A stretch of 29,855 nucleotides of DNA from a virus. Taxonomy: Duplodnaviria > Heunggongvirae > Uroviricota > Caudoviricetes. Where the stretch lies: the IMG/VR virus record IMGVR_UViG_3300033463_000034, one strand, 5' to 3'. The stretch's first letter is position 1, and every line of letters starts with the position of its first letter. Both the position numbers and the translations under genes were made by a program. This document shows positions 27,301-29,855 of the stretch, in pieces. The notes under the pieces were generated by a model that saw nothing but the letters and a program-made list of their open reading frames with translations, did not search any database and was not told where the DNA came from.

Positions 27301-27591
27301 TTACCCAATCCAGCTCATTCTTCTTTGAATTTCATCTAATATTTCATGTTCATCAGATATTGTTAAATCATTATCATTATATCCATAATCACTTAATATT
27401 AAATCTAATATTTTTATATTATTATCTATATTAAATTGTTTTGCTTTATATATTATATAATCTAAATTAGATAATATTTCTTCTTTAACACTTTCACTAT
27501 TCCTTATATGATAACGCACTCCATCTATAAATGGATTTCTTCCATCTTTACTTGGATCTAATGGATTCTCAAATCTAAGCATATATATCAC
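27301..27591 (-). CDS. hypothetical protein
   Basis: GAAAGGAAAGTG RBS; open frame. Confidence 0.65.
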   Translation of the reverse strand: MIYMLRFENPLDPSKDGRNPFIDGVRYHIRNSESVKEEILSNLDYIIYKAKQFNIDNNIKILDLILSDYGYNDNDLTISDEHEILDEIQRRMSWIG

Positions 27592-27601
27592 TTTCCTTTC
27601 T

Positions 27602-27811
27602 TTATTTTAATATCCTTTTAACATATTCTATCATTTGATCTTCATAATCCATATTTTCAACTTCTTCAAAGAATTTATTTAAATCAAAATCTTCATCTCC
27701 AATAAAATTATCAAAACCAAAATCACATTCAATAGCCCATTTTAATAAAATTCTTAAACATTTATTTTCTAATTCTAATTTAGAATATTTATATTTTAAA
27801 TTACTTATCAT
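27602..27811 (-). CDS. hypothetical protein
   Basis: AAGGAG RBS; LLKWAIECDFGFDN motif. Confidence 0.65.
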   Translation of the reverse strand: MISNLKYKYSKLELENKCLRILLKWAIECDFGFDNFIGDEDFDLNKFFEEVENMDYEDQMIEYVKRILK

Positions 27812-28113
27812 ATTTATTTTTCATCTCCTTTTTTTATTCAATTATATTTTATAATATTTTTTATAAATAATCAATAAAAAATATATTTGACTATTTTAAA
27901 ATTTTTAATATAATTTTTTAATTATCTTTATATATAAAGAAAAATATAAAAAAAGAAACTTGCGCGGCGGCCGATCAAGGCGCAGGAAAAGAGACTCTTC
28001 AAATGGTGAACCGGCGACCGCGTATTTTCTTTAGTTGCTTTTTAAAAAAATTTTTTATATAATTATTTTGAAATCAAAAGGAAAGGCATCTCGACAGAGA
28101 TGAAGGTGAAACT

Positions 28114-29622
28114 ATGGAAAATAATCCTTTTTTAAATGCATTAGTTAATGCAACAAATTATGGATATACAGAAAATGGTGGATTAAAACATAAGTCAACT
28201 AATTCTGCAGTATATGATATGTTTGCTTTAGGTGGGGCATATCGTAGTCGTCCAAATGAAGATTGTATCTTATTATTTAAAAATGCTTATGCAGAAGATA
28301 AAAATTTAGCATTAAAATGTTTATTTTATCTTCGTGATGTAAGAGGTGGACAAGGAGAAAGAAGATTTTTTAGAGTATGTTTTAAATGGTTATGTGAAAA
28401 TTATCCTGATGATGCTAGAAAATTAATTAAATATTTACCTGAATATGGTAGATACGATGATTTATGGCATGCAACTGAAGGAACTCAATTATTTAATGTA
28501 GCTTTAGCATTGGTAGAAGATCAATTACATCTAGATTTAGAATGTAAAACTCCAAGTTTATTAGCAAAATGGTTACCATCAATTAACACTTCAAGTTATG
28601 AAACTAGAAGAATGGCAAAAATAATTTGTAATGAACTTGAATATTCTAATAAACAATATCGTAAAAATTTATCATCTTTAAGAAATAAAATTAAAGTTGT
28701 TGAAAAATTAATGTCTGAAAATAGATGGGATGAAATCTATTTTGATGAAATTCCATCAAAAGCAGGTTTAATTTATAAAAATGCTTTCGCAAAAAGAGAT
28801 ATTACCGCCAAGAGATATGAACATTTCATTAAATCTGAAAAAACAACTGTAAATGCAAAAACATTATATCCATATGAAATTGTAGCAAAAGCAATTCAAT
28901 TAAGAAGATCTAGCAATATAATAGATAGAGAAGCTATCGAAAAATATTGGGATAATTTACCTAATTATTTAGAAGGCGGAAATAATCAATCTATTATGTG
29001 TGTTGTTGATACATCTGGATCAATGGTTAGATATGATGCAGCCGCACCTATTAATGTTGCAATATCACTTGGTATATATGCAGGTGAAAGATGTACAGGT
29101 CCATTCCAAAATCATTATATTTCATTTGCTTCTAGACCTCAATTAATTAAAATTGAAGGAGTAGATTTTGTAGATAAAGTTAGAAAAATATATGACACAA
29201 GTTTATGTGATAACACAGATTTATGTGCTGTATTTAATTTATTAAAAGAAACTGCATTATCTTCACCTTTAGCAGCAGAAAGTTTACCAAATACAATAGT
29301 AGTAATATCAGATATGGAAATAGATGAGGGAACTTCAAGTTGGAGAGTTAGAAATAAAGGTTGGACAACAGAAACTGCGGCAACTGAAATGGAAAAAATC
29401 AGAGAAGATTGGGTTAAATGTGGATTAAAACTTCCTAAATTAGTTTATTGGAATGTTGATGCAAGACATAATACAATTTTAGATTCTGGAGATAATGTAT
29501 CATTCGTATCTGGATGTTCACCTATATTATTTGAACAAGTATGTAAAGGTGTAAGTGGATATCAATTAATGTTAGATAAACTTTTAAATAAAAGATATGA
29601 AGTTATTACAATAGAAAAATAA
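28114..29622 (+). CDS. DUF2828-family protein (TROVE-like helical domain plus vWA/MIDAS)
   Basis: YTENGG..HKST.SAVYDMF; FYLRDVRGGQGERR; EYGRYDDL; AKWLPS; VVDTSGSM MIDAS; ISDMEID; VYWNV. Confidence 0.88.
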   Translation: MENNPFLNALVNATNYGYTENGGLKHKSTNSAVYDMFALGGAYRSRPNEDCILLFKNAYAEDKNLALKCLFYLRDVRGGQGERRFFRVCFKWLCENYPDDARKLIKYLPEYGRYDDLWHATEGTQLFNVALALVEDQLHLDLECKTPSLLAKWLPSINTSSYETRRMAKIICNELEYSNKQYRKNLSSLRNKIKVVEKLMSENRWDEIYFDEIPSKAGLIYKNAFAKRDITAKRYEHFIKSEKTTVNAKTLYPYEIVAKAIQLRRSSNIIDREAIEKYWDNLPNYLEGGNNQSIMCVVDTSGSMVRYDAAAPINVAISLGIYAGERCTGPFQNHYISFASRPQLIKIEGVDFVDKVRKIYDTSLCDNTDLCAVFNLLKETALSSPLAAESLPNTIVVISDMEIDEGTSSWRVRNKGWTTETAATEMEKIREDWVKCGLKLPKLVYWNVDARHNTILDSGDNVSFVSGCSPILFEQVCKGVSGYQLMLDKLLNKRYEVITIEK

Positions 29623-29724
29623 AAGATGAAACACAATAAAAGTTTCATCTTTTATTATTATAAAAAAATATTATATAATATATATGTAAGAAAATTTATA
29701 AAATAGAAAGGAGAAGATAATTAG

Positions 29725-29855
29725 ATGAAAATATCACAAAGTAGATTTTTTTGCACAAAATGTGGTCGAGAAGGTTTTCCTATAATCAGAAAAGCTGGAC
29801 AACAACGAGAACCAGGTCATTTAAAAAAATTATATTGTATATATTGTCAAGAAGA
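29725..29855 (+). CDS. bL33-like zinc-ribbon protein (partial)
   Basis: FCTKCG...IRK...REPGHLKKLYCIYC; GAAAGGAG RBS. Confidence 0.6.
   Translation, partial: MKISQSRFFCTKCGREGFPIIRKAGQQREPGHLKKLYCIYCQE

Noticed and set aside
28114-29622. Bona fide Ro60/Rsr with a Y RNA
   Set aside because: The sequence fits DUF2828 better, and I could not identify a YrlA-type permuted tRNA-like RNA nearby.

Overview
This is a very AT-rich window that looks like part of a large (jumbo-type) phage of a Bacillota/Bacilli-like host. It has many short hypothetical ORFs, dense sigma70-type promoters and no rRNA. Recognisable proteins: an RpoD-like sigma factor, SSB, a DRB0094/Rnl5-type RNA ligase, a calcineurin-like phosphoesterase, a DenV glycosylase, an FNT channel, a U32-like protein, a DUF2828 vWA protein and an L33-like zinc ribbon. 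The minus strand carries 24 tRNA genes covering all 20 amino acids, a tmRNA, two aberrant tRNA-like genes and several large structured non-coding regions. Two linked observations stand out. (1) TGA reads as Trp: seven in-frame TGA codons interrupt four otherwise intact genes, and TGA is almost never used as a stop. (2) The only UGA decoder is a 95-nt tRNA-Trp (19706-19800) with TWO perfectly paired anticodon arms in tandem, UCA then CCA, beside a normal tRNA-Trp(CCA). All calls were made by eye from the sequence; no searches or folding programs were run.
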